This document shows positions 29,564 through 38,416 of a stretch of 64,000 nucleotides of DNA, piece after piece. The notes beneath the pieces were generated by a model that saw nothing but the letters and a program-made list of their open reading frames with translations, searched no databases and was not told the origin of the DNA. The translations under genes were made by a program, and so were the position numbers. The stretch is from Candidatus Parvarchaeum acidiphilum ARMAN-4 (GTDB lineage: Archaea; Nanobdellota; Nanobdellia; Parvarchaeales; Parvarchaeaceae), in contig GG730040.1 of assembly GCA_002412065.1 (NCBI GenBank), positions 2,311 through 66,310 of the forward strand, written 5' to 3'. The stretch's first letter is position 1; each line of letters begins with the position of its first letter.

Positions 29564-30214
29564 TTAGCCAAGAAGTACATTTTCAATTATCAAAGCTGGA
29601 AGTTTACTTACTGTCTCTTCATCAAAATCTGTTTCTTTTGTTAATAGTTCTCCCATTATCTTTTCAGCATCTTCTTTAGAAATCTTATTTTCGCTCAAAT
29701 CCTTGCTTATCTCCCTGTATCTAACTGAATCTATCATAGGAAAGTTCTCATAGGTTTTTATATAAGCTTCCATCTCTTTTTTGTAATTCTTAGCTTCTTC
29801 AATATCTATGATTTCTTTCCATAATTTGACTTCTTTTTCAGCAGTTTCGTTGCTGTCCGAAGCATGTACTAAATTTATCCCTTTTGTTGTTCCGTATCTT
29901 CCTCTTATCGACAAAGGATCTGCTTTTTCGCACATTGTCTTTCCCAGCAATGTTCTTACCTTCTCAACTACATTATCTCCGCTTGCTATTATTACTGCAA
30001 GTTCAGTAGCCGACATAAAATTCACTAGGTTGTCATAGAAAAATTTCCCTTTATGCTCTACATAATGCTTATCTGATAAAAATTCCTTTTTAGGTTTTAT
30101 AATATTAAAAAATTTTATTTCTAGCTCAAGATCCAATATATTTTTTAATGCTCTTGCACCCGAGTATCTCCTTACTATCCCGTCTGGCTTAAGTAATATT
30201 AACATTTCTTCCAT
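29564..30214 (-). CDS. ndk: Nucleoside diphosphate kinase with a C-terminal extension
   Basis: LLKPDG, HYVEHKGKFFY, SIRGRYG, NLVHASD. Confidence 0.93.
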   Translation of the reverse strand: MEEMLILLKPDGIVRRYSGARALKNILDLELEIKFFNIIKPKKEFLSDKHYVEHKGKFFYDNLVNFMSATELAVIIASGDNVVEKVRTLLGKTMCEKADPLSIRGRYGTTKGINLVHASDSNETAEKEVKLWKEIIDIEEAKNYKKEMEAYIKTYENFPMIDSVRYREISKDLSENKISKEDAEKIMGELLTKETDFDEETVSKLPALIIENVLLG

Positions 30215-30353
30215 TTCCTAATTAATTTTTTATAATATAAATAGATTCTACCCTTTGTTTAAATTTAATGGTGTTATAAATTCATAAAAAATAATTAGTT
30301 AACTTTATTACTGATAATGACTTATTTACTGTAATTAACTAGAGGTTAAAAAT

Positions 30354-32069
30354 ATGAGATCACCAATATGCGCTTTTTTAGGACACGTAGATGCAGGCAA
30401 AACTAGTATAATGGACGCGATAAGAGACACGATGAATGCCTATAAAGAGAGTGGGGGGCTTACTCAAAATATTGGTTCAACAGAGGTTCCAACTGACAGA
30501 ATAAAAGAGATAGCTAGCGATCTTCTCTCAAAATTTAATATAAATATAAAAGTACCAAGTATTCTATTCATTGATTCACCAGGTCATGAGGCTTTTGTTA
30601 CTTTAAGAAAGAGAGGCGCATCAATTGCAGATATAGTAATACTGACAGTAGACATAACAGAAGGTATCCAAAATCAAACAATAGAATCAATAGAGATACT
30701 GAAATCTTATAAGACTCCCTTTCTAATAGCTCTTACAAAAATTGATACAATAAGAGGGTTCTACAAGCAAGAAAATAAGTCTTTTCTAGAGTTTATATCA
30801 AAACAGAATCAGGATTATATTCAAAAGCTTGATGAAAAGATATACAACCTAATTGCTGATTTTTCAATTTATGGTTTTCAGGCTGAAAGATATGATAGGG
30901 TAAAAGAATTCACCAAAGAAATTTCAATAATTCCTCTATCTTCAATTAATAGTATCGGAATAAAAGATTTAATTGTAATGATAATAGGGTTAAGCCAAAG
31001 ATACTTAGAACTAGATAAACAGACCTCAAATAGTGCGGCAATACTTGAGGAAAAGAATGTAAAAGGATTAGGTAAAGTATATGATGCTATAGTTTATTCT
31101 GGCAAGATATCGGTAGGGGATAAAGTGATCGTACAAACTCAGAATGGTACAATTGAAAATAAGATAAAGGGGATTATGCGTCTTATCCCAATGGAAGAAA
31201 GTCGGGAAAATTTTGGTAAATATGATAGCTTATCTTCAATTGAAGCAACAGCTCCAATAAGACTGATTCTGAGAGAGCCGAATGCTATGATAGGCACATC
31301 AATAACTGCTTTTGTTTCAGATGAAGAAAAGAATAAAATAATAGAGGAAATAAACGCAGAAAATGTGGGTTATAACAATGATGAAAGTAAAGGTTTGGTG
31401 GTTTGTGCCGATTCTATAGGCAGTATAGATGCTATAAGGAACATAGCAAAATCATTTGGGATAGAAATTGGAAAGACAAAGATAGGTGAGCCATCAAAAA
31501 TGGATATAACGACCGCTAGTATAAACGGTGGCGCATTGATATGTTTTAATGTTCCTATCTCTAGGCAGACGGAAAGCATGGCAGAAGAATACAGTGTCAA
31601 GATAATAAGTGCAAATTCTATATACACCCTTTTTGATAGCTATAATGAGTTCGAGAAAGAATTAAAGAACATGAATCTAGAAAAAAAATTAGAACGTTTG
31701 AAGTTGCCTTCTAAATTTGTTTTTATTAAAGGAAACATATTCCGTAGATCCAGCCCGTGTGTTTTTGGTGTTGAAGTATTAGGAGGAGAGATAAGACAAA
31801 ATTATCCGATAATAAATGTTAAAGGAGAAAGAGTTGGCAGGATTCTAGATATAGAATCAGATAAGACAAAATTAAACAGGGCAATTATAGGTGATAAGGT
31901 GGCTATAAGCATAGATGACGCAGTTTACGGCAGAAACATAATCGATGGCGATATACTTTATACTGACATAAGTATGCCTGATGTTATGAAGTTTGATGAT
32001 GTGGCAGAGGAACTAACTTCAGACTACAGAGAAGTATTGTCAGAAATACGAAAGATAAAAGGGATTTAG
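30354..32069 (+). CDS. infB: Translation initiation factor aIF5B (IF-2)
   Basis: RSPICAFLGHVDAGKT, TQNIGST, DSPGHEAF..LRKRG, IFRRSSPCVFGVEV. Confidence 0.96.
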   Translation: MRSPICAFLGHVDAGKTSIMDAIRDTMNAYKESGGLTQNIGSTEVPTDRIKEIASDLLSKFNINIKVPSILFIDSPGHEAFVTLRKRGASIADIVILTVDITEGIQNQTIESIEILKSYKTPFLIALTKIDTIRGFYKQENKSFLEFISKQNQDYIQKLDEKIYNLIADFSIYGFQAERYDRVKEFTKEISIIPLSSINSIGIKDLIVMIIGLSQRYLELDKQTSNSAAILEEKNVKGLGKVYDAIVYSGKISVGDKVIVQTQNGTIENKIKGIMRLIPMEESRENFGKYDSLSSIEATAPIRLILREPNAMIGTSITAFVSDEEKNKIIEEINAENVGYNNDESKGLVVCADSIGSIDAIRNIAKSFGIEIGKTKIGEPSKMDITTASINGGALICFNVPISRQTESMAEEYSVKIISANSIYTLFDSYNEFEKELKNMNLEKKLERLKLPSKFVFIKGNIFRRSSPCVFGVEVLGGEIRQNYPIINVKGERVGRILDIESDKTKLNRAIIGDKVAISIDDAVYGRNIIDGDILYTDISMPDVMKFDDVAEELTSDYREVLSEIRKIKGI

Positions 32070-32887
32070 GGCCAATTTTTAATTGCCTTTTCATATAGTT
32101 CTATACTATCACATGGGAGCCATTTTCCAGAGTAAATAAATCCATCAATTATTCTTTTCTCTACAACCTTCTCAAATACATTTGAAATGTTTGATTCTCC
32201 AGAAGGTATGAAACTTAGAAATGCAGGATTTATAACATATATACCGGCATTCACAAGATGGGAGACCTGTTCTATTTTAGGTTTTTCTATGAATTTTACT
32301 ATCTTGTTGCCTTCCATTTCAACAACCCCGAACTGTGAAACGCCATCCCTAAGAACTAAAGCTATTGTTGCCATTGCTTTTTCTTTTTTATGGAATTCAT
32401 ATATCTTGTTTAAGTCAAAATCAAATAAGTTATCTCCATTTAAAACGATAAAATCCTCCTGGAAAAGGTTCTGATTCTTTTTTATTGCTCCACCTGTGCC
32501 TACAGGAGTAGTTTCTTCAGAGTATCTTATTCTTACCCCAAATTTACTTCCATCCCCGAAGTATTCTTTAATCCTGCTTCCTAAATACCCTATGGAGATT
32601 ATTATATCTACAAATTCAGCTTTTTTTAACTGTTCTATTATATGTTCTAGTATCGGCCGGCCATTCACAAGCATCATAGGCTTTGGTATCTCATATGTAA
32701 GTGGTCTCAGTCTTGTTCCGGATCCTCCAGCAAGTATCAGGGCCATCTTGTTTTTATTCGGCTCAAAATGTTCTTTTATAAAACGCTCAATAGCTATTGA
32801 TCGATTAGGTATATTTATACCATCAACGGTTTTGTCAATTTTTTCTAGAGTTTTTTCGTTTATTGTAATGGTTATCCTTTTCTTCAT
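32066..32887 (-). CDS. Sugar-phosphate nucleotidyltransferase fused to an N-terminal ribbon-helix-helix domain
   Basis: MKKRITITINEKTLEKID...NRSIAIE (RHH) followed by LAGGSGTRLRPLT..PKP, GTGGA, NGD, EKP. Confidence 0.88.
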   Translation of the reverse strand: MKKRITITINEKTLEKIDKTVDGINIPNRSIAIERFIKEHFEPNKNKMALILAGGSGTRLRPLTYEIPKPMMLVNGRPILEHIIEQLKKAEFVDIIISIGYLGSRIKEYFGDGSKFGVRIRYSEETTPVGTGGAIKKNQNLFQEDFIVLNGDNLFDFDLNKIYEFHKKEKAMATIALVLRDGVSQFGVVEMEGNKIVKFIEKPKIEQVSHLVNAGIYVINPAFLSFIPSGESNISNVFEKVVEKRIIDGFIYSGKWLPCDSIELYEKAIKNWP

Positions 32888-32905
32888 ACTAATTCATACT
32901 TTGTA

Positions 32906-34054
32906 TTATTTATAAGGCTTTTGCATTATTTCATTTACAGTATCATCTAGATTCATTATAAATCTCTTTTCATCATAGACTTTTGATTTTTTAGCGCCTT
33001 CTACAAGTTTAGTGTAAAATTTACGGTTCAATACGCTGTTAAGTGCGTTCGCTATGCTTTTTTCATCTGCATTTACAAGCAGGCCATTTTCTTCATTTTT
33101 TATAAATTCTTTTGGGCCCCCTTCATTTACAGCTATTACTGGTTTTCTGTATGCAAGTGATTCTAAGGGAGTATACCCAGTATCCTCATTTATCGCAAGG
33201 AATAAAGTAACGTAGCACTTTTTATAAAGATCAGTAAGTTCTTTTTCTGAAAGGTTATCTTTTACAATTATATTCGCGCTGCCTAGTTTTTTTATTTCTT
33301 TAAAATATTCTTTGTCTTCCGCGAATCCTCCCAATACTAATTTAAAGCCATGTTTAGGGAGTTCTGACATTTTGAACGCATTTATTGCAAGTTCTTGTCT
33401 TTTATACTTAATAAAACGGCTTGGATAAAATATAATTTTTTCTGTTTTTGAGGTTTTATTTATCTTTGGGTATTTAGCATACGGGCCCAAATTAAATATT
33501 TTTTTATTGTCGATTAAATGGTAACTGACAAGTCTGTTTCTAACCTCCTCACTGAATACAATCGAGTAATCTATTCGTTTCCACGCCAATCTTTCTAATA
33601 TCTTATATACAGATACTGCAAAAGGTAGAATTATTCTATTTTTAATGCTTTCTTTTTTGTAATAATTATACATAGTATGAGCTACTCTTAATGGGGTATG
33701 GCACATAGCTACTGTTCTTTGGTGCTTATTCCTAAATGTTATAATTTCTGATATTCCTGCTGTGGAGATAATAAAAATATCATAGCTTTTCAAGTTAGGG
33801 ATTTTAGCTAGTATAAGCGACTTAAACAAATTAAATCCTCTTGTAACAAATCCGCTTAATTTTGCATTTCCAAGTACATTTATATTATATTTATTAAATT
33901 CATCGAATGTTTGGTTTTTGTCATAAAAAAAGGTAAAAACATCTGTTTGATATCGTTTATCTTCCAGAAACTTAAGGATAACCCTTTCTACCCCTCCCTT
34001 ACTTTTTAGCCATGGCACGAATATTGCCATTTTTATTTTCTTATTTTGTACCAT
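32906..34054 (-). CDS. Glycosyltransferase family 4
   Basis: GGVER, EDTGYTPLESLA..KPVIAVNEGGPKE. Confidence 0.88.
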   Translation of the reverse strand: MVQNKKIKMAIFVPWLKSKGGVERVILKFLEDKRYQTDVFTFFYDKNQTFDEFNKYNINVLGNAKLSGFVTRGFNLFKSLILAKIPNLKSYDIFIISTAGISEIITFRNKHQRTVAMCHTPLRVAHTMYNYYKKESIKNRIILPFAVSVYKILERLAWKRIDYSIVFSEEVRNRLVSYHLIDNKKIFNLGPYAKYPKINKTSKTEKIIFYPSRFIKYKRQELAINAFKMSELPKHGFKLVLGGFAEDKEYFKEIKKLGSANIIVKDNLSEKELTDLYKKCYVTLFLAINEDTGYTPLESLAYRKPVIAVNEGGPKEFIKNEENGLLVNADEKSIANALNSVLNRKFYTKLVEGAKKSKVYDEKRFIMNLDDTVNEIMQKPYK

Positions 34055-34091
34055 TCAATATTTAATACTTAAACAACCAATATTAATATTT

Positions 34092-34775
34092 ATGTTAGAT
34101 AATCGTAAAGGTCAGTACTCTGTAGAATACACGATAATAATTGGTATTGGACTAAGCATTATTGCAGCATTTTTAATATATATCACCTTTTTTTACGGTT
34201 CTTTTTCATTGAGTTCATCAGCAAGTCAGATAAAAACTTTATCCGATACAATTGCAAATCATGTTAACTATATAGCCTCAGAAGGTCCAGGGTCTATGCA
34301 AACCTTTCCAATAACCCTTCCATTGTTGCAACAACAATATTCTTTTTTCTGTGGGGATATAATAAAATTGCAGACAACTACAGAATTGGGCGTTTCTAAA
34401 CCTGGTGAAAACGTGTCAGGGATGTTACCTTTAACGAGCGGAACATTTGATGCATTTGCACGAGCTGAAAATGGTAGTGCAATAATTGGGCTTCGTTTCT
34501 TAATTTCATATGTTCTTGGGTCTTACTCAGTTTCTTCTAATACCCTGTCTTATTCCCTTTCTTTTTATAACTACTCTGGGGATCTTAAAGGAACGGCTTT
34601 TAATATTTCATTGTTGTCTACAGGGGGGGCTTATATAACAAGTGCAAAGTCATCTACTACTTCAGGTCAGGCCTCAGGCACCCTCACATTGCCTTCTTCA
34701 GCCCCTGTTGAATATGTGCTTGAAGTTACTCCATCCGGATCGGGAGATTATTATTCTACTTGCGTAACGGGGTAA
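34092..34775 (+). CDS. Class III signal peptide (pilin-like) protein
   Basis: RKG|QYSVE plus hydrophobic helix; EGPGS motif; Ser/Thr/Gly-rich beta C-domain. Confidence 0.82.
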   Translation: MLDNRKGQYSVEYTIIIGIGLSIIAAFLIYITFFYGSFSLSSSASQIKTLSDTIANHVNYIASEGPGSMQTFPITLPLLQQQYSFFCGDIIKLQTTTELGVSKPGENVSGMLPLTSGTFDAFARAENGSAIIGLRFLISYVLGSYSVSSNTLSYSLSFYNYSGDLKGTAFNISLLSTGGAYITSAKSSTTSGQASGTLTLPSSAPVEYVLEVTPSGSGDYYSTCVTG

Positions 34776-34830
34776 TCTCTTGCTAATAAACGATTTTAAT
34801 ATTAGATTTTTTATATAAAAACAATAAAAA

Positions 34831-34846
34831 CGAAAGCTTTATATAC
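34831..34846 (+). promoter_or_regulatory. BRE-TATA promoter of tfb (leaderless spacing)
   Basis: CGAAAGC-TTTATATA ending about 28 nt before ATG 34874. Confidence 0.75.
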
Positions 34847-34873
34847 TACTTAGTTCCATAGTATTTAAATCTT

Positions 34874-35797
34874 ATGAAAGTAGTAACAAGCAAATATAAC
34901 ATCAAATGTCCCTCATGCGGTAGCACTTCAGTAATGTATGATAAGACAACTGGGGAATTAGTCTGCCAAAATTGCGGATATGTGATAGAGAGCGATACTA
35001 TAGACTACGGTAGGGAATGGCGTTCTTTTGAGGATGAAAGAGATGAAGGAAAAGGAAGGATGGGCTCTCCTTTAAGCTATGCAAAGTACGATAAAGGTAC
35101 AAGTACAGTAATTGGAAAAGCAAGTGAATCTATAAAACTCTCAAATGCAAATAGAAGAACTTTTTATAAATTAAGGAAATGGCAGCCTAGGATATCTACA
35201 GCATACGAAAGAAACCTAAAGTTTGCATTGACTGAATTAAGACATGCAAGTAATCGTTTACATGTTTCGAATATAATACAGGAAGAAGCAGCTAAAATGT
35301 ACAGAGAAGCGATAACAAGAAGACTTGTAAGAGGAAGATCAATGGAAAGTGTTATAGCAGGTGCGCTTTATGCCGCTGCAAGAAAACACAATAGACCTAT
35401 TACACTGGATGAGATATCTGAAACTTTTGAAGTTGAAAGAAAAGAAGTAGGGAAGGCTTACAGATTATTGTGCAGGGAACTAGGAATAAAAATATTACCA
35501 AGTTCACCAAGCGATTATATCTATAAATTTGCATCAGAATTAGGGGTTTCGAATAAAACTGTTTCGGATGCTGTAAAACTGCTTAAAGAAGCAGAAGACA
35601 AAGGGCTTACAAGTGGAAAAGGCCCAATGGGAATAGCAGCAGCAGTGCTTTATGTTGCAACTCTTATAAACAAAGAAAAGAAGACACAGAGAGATGCTGC
35701 AAAAGCCGCGGGTATAACGGAAGTTACTATAAGGAACAGGTACAAAGAGCTTTACAGAGTCTTAAACCTAAAAGAACGATTTAAGATAGATGATTAA
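34874..35797 (+). CDS. tfb: Transcription initiation factor IIB
   Basis: CPSC...CQNCG Zn ribbon, EWRSF, RGRS, GLTSGK.P.GIAAA, ITEVTIRNRYKEL. Confidence 0.98.
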   Translation: MKVVTSKYNIKCPSCGSTSVMYDKTTGELVCQNCGYVIESDTIDYGREWRSFEDERDEGKGRMGSPLSYAKYDKGTSTVIGKASESIKLSNANRRTFYKLRKWQPRISTAYERNLKFALTELRHASNRLHVSNIIQEEAAKMYREAITRRLVRGRSMESVIAGALYAAARKHNRPITLDEISETFEVERKEVGKAYRLLCRELGIKILPSSPSDYIYKFASELGVSNKTVSDAVKLLKEAEDKGLTSGKGPMGIAAAVLYVATLINKEKKTQRDAAKAAGITEVTIRNRYKELYRVLNLKERFKIDD

Positions 35798-35843
35798 GCA
35801 CAAGTATTAAAAATCTTTATTAATTGCTTGTATATTTATTGTT

Positions 35844-36923
35844 ATGGAGCTTTTTAATGAAGGTCAGGTTATATTCTATGCAGAAGATAAGCAGCTTAAA
35901 AAGGCAGGAGTATTCTTTAATCCTAAAAGAGAATTTGATAGAGATCTTAATGTTCTTGTAGTGTCATCTTTAATAAGTAATAAATCAGCGGGTTTAGAAC
36001 TATTTTCTGGTAGTGGGATAAGGGGTTTAAGGCTGTGTATAGAAAGTAATAAGTTTAACAAATTTACATTTAATGACATAAAATCATATGATACAGTAAA
36101 AAGAAATCTCGAACTTAATAAGAAAAGATTATTAAGCACTGATAAAACTGTAAATAATACCGATGCGACTTTATTTGAATCAAGCAGTAAATACGATTAT
36201 ATAGACATAGATCCTTTTGGCTCTCCAGTCTTTTACTTAGATTCTGCATTGAATTTATTAAAGAGAGGAGGTGTACTTGCAGTTAGCGCTACTGATACAG
36301 CGGCACTTCTTGGTAGCGCCCAAAAAGCCTGTCTAAGAAAATACGGTTCAGTATCACCTCAAACTTCATACAGCAATGAATTAGGGATAAGGATTCTTAT
36401 AAAGAAAGTAATCGAATATGGATTAAATCATTCTATAAATCTTGTACCTATCCTATTTAATTTTGAAGGCAATTTTATTCGTGTTTACTTTAAGGCAGAT
36501 CCTTCAAAAATTAAACCAAGCATTGGGTATGCTTATCAGTGTTATAAGTGTCCTAATAGGGTAACAAAAGCATTATTGAAGTGTGATTATTGTGGTGGCA
36601 GGATGCATAAAATTGGTCCAATGTGGCTTGGAAGCTTGCACAATGAAAAATATTTAAATAAAATGATTTCATCCTTGAAAAAGAACAGGATGAAATTTTC
36701 AGATAAAGCTTCGCTCAAACTTATGAATTATCTAAATGCAGTTTTGAGCGAATTGCCAGTATTCTCTTATTATACTACAAGTGAGATATCCTCCTTTTTA
36801 AAGCAACCAGAAATAAAGATATCAAAATTTAAGAACAGAACAGTTCTATCCCCAAAAGGTTTTAGAACAAAAAATAGTTTCTCCAATCTTATAGCTACTT
36901 TGGATTCGAAACAATCAGAATAG
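35844..36923 (+). CDS. trm1: tRNA (guanine26-N2)-dimethyltransferase
   Basis: VFFNP...RDL, SGSGIRGLR, IDIDPFGSP, ATDTAAL, ELGIRIL, GPMWLG. Confidence 0.93.
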   Translation: MELFNEGQVIFYAEDKQLKKAGVFFNPKREFDRDLNVLVVSSLISNKSAGLELFSGSGIRGLRLCIESNKFNKFTFNDIKSYDTVKRNLELNKKRLLSTDKTVNNTDATLFESSSKYDYIDIDPFGSPVFYLDSALNLLKRGGVLAVSATDTAALLGSAQKACLRKYGSVSPQTSYSNELGIRILIKKVIEYGLNHSINLVPILFNFEGNFIRVYFKADPSKIKPSIGYAYQCYKCPNRVTKALLKCDYCGGRMHKIGPMWLGSLHNEKYLNKMISSLKKNRMKFSDKASLKLMNYLNAVLSELPVFSYYTTSEISSFLKQPEIKISKFKNRTVLSPKGFRTKNSFSNLIATLDSKQSE

Positions 36924-37166
36924 CTTTATTTCTTGATTCATTGCTTGTCCAGGCAATCCTCTTCTAAATCTGATAACTACTCTTCCTTAATCACCGTGCG
37001 CCCTTACAATCACGCCCTTTATAGACGACTTTGAGAATGCAATTTCCACCTTTTTCCCGATGAATTTTTTGGCTTCTTCTCTGCTATTTACCTTTTCTAT
37101 GCTGGCTATAGCCTGATTAACTTTTTGTGTCTTTCTTCCTCTTCTATAAGATAATACTTTTGCCAT
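36915..37166 (-). CDS. rpl35ae: 50S ribosomal protein eL33 (L35Ae) with an in-frame TAA at codon 60 (36987-36989)
   Basis: Hand translation MAKVLSYRRGRKTQKVNQ...EEAKKFIGKKV...GVIVRAHGD*GRVVIRFRRGLPGQAM...; strong SD GGAGGAGTGA upstream. Confidence 0.9.
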
Positions 37167-37167
37167 A

Positions 37168-38271
37168 TCACTCCTCCTTTTGTAGATATTTATCCTTTAT
37201 TTCTTTGTCTGTCTGCTTTAATAAATCTTTATCTATTATAGGTTTTGCCTCGCCCTTAGTTTCTCTTATTTTATCTATTATAGAAGTTATCTTTTCTACT
37301 AAATATTTACTGTCTTTAAGCTTCTTATCAAAGTCCTCTCCAGTTATTGTTTTTACCTCTCCGTGATCTATCTTTTTGAACCATTTCACTATTTCTTCTA
37401 CTTTTTCAGCGTCTTCTTTAGTAAGGACCTTCTCTTTTGTTACTGCTATTTCATCTAATTCTTTTGCTACTTGTTTAGGCACAGGAGGCAGATATCCATA
37501 CTCCATTAAGAGTGCCTGCCCGGCTGAAACTACTGAATTATAAAGATCAAGGCTTAATTTTGTAGTTAATACATTTTCAGCAAGCATTATAAGGCCCTCT
37601 GCGCTTTCTATATTATTGTTTATAGACTCTTGTGTTGGCACTATATTACCAGTTTTATACAGCATTTGTATCGGAACGAAAAAGCCAGTATCATAGACTG
37701 CTACACCGTCTCTTAATAATGTAAGTATAACTGGATTAGGTTTTATTATAGATCCCCAAAATTCTGATAGAGGGTATGCCTGTGCATGTATCTTATCAGA
37801 GAAATCCCTTGCTATCTCTGCCATTTTTGCAAATAATCTGTCCCTTAACTGTTCCAAGGTGAATTTTTGTATGTCTGTGTCATCTACTATAAATGCTATG
37901 TCTATATCAGATGTGCTTGTCATTCCAGTTTTTGTTTTTGAACTGCCGAATATCACAATTGATTTTATGTATCTTCTAAAAAGACTCAATACCCGTAGGA
38001 AATAAGCCCTTATTGAATTGGCGTCTTTAGATGGAAGAACTTTGTTTAGAACATCAAATGATAAGCCAGCAAGCTGTCCTGGAGGTTCTACTGATTCAGC
38101 GTTTTCACCTTCTCCAACTTCTAAGCCTATAAAAGAACCCATGTAATCTACTCTCTCGTTAAGTTCATCTATCTTTGATGATAGTGCGTCTATAGTTGAA
38201 AAAAGCTTGTTTAAAGTTGCTTCTATCGGGTTTATATTCTCAGTTTGATGCATAATACCTCCATTTATCAA
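37168..38271 (-). CDS. Minimal nucleotidyltransferase fused to a HEPN-like domain, with an N-terminal coiled coil
   Basis: IVIFGS...SDIDIAFIVDD; C-terminal LYNSVVSAGQALL...PPVPKQV...WFKKIDHG helical domain. Confidence 0.75.
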   Translation of the reverse strand: MINGGIMHQTENINPIEATLNKLFSTIDALSSKIDELNERVDYMGSFIGLEVGEGENAESVEPPGQLAGLSFDVLNKVLPSKDANSIRAYFLRVLSLFRRYIKSIVIFGSSKTKTGMTSTSDIDIAFIVDDTDIQKFTLEQLRDRLFAKMAEIARDFSDKIHAQAYPLSEFWGSIIKPNPVILTLLRDGVAVYDTGFFVPIQMLYKTGNIVPTQESINNNIESAEGLIMLAENVLTTKLSLDLYNSVVSAGQALLMEYGYLPPVPKQVAKELDEIAVTKEKVLTKEDAEKVEEIVKWFKKIDHGEVKTITGEDFDKKLKDSKYLVEKITSIIDKIRETKGEAKPIIDKDLLKQTDKEIKDKYLQKEE

Positions 38272-38416
38272 ACTATAACGCTGATTATTTATAAGCCTTT
38301 GCTAAAATTTTTATAATCCTAGTATTAATAAACAAATTTTTATAAAAAATACAATTTTTCTGCTTAAATCTGTAATTTGTATATATTATTTAAATTAGTA
38401 GTATCTAATAAGATTT

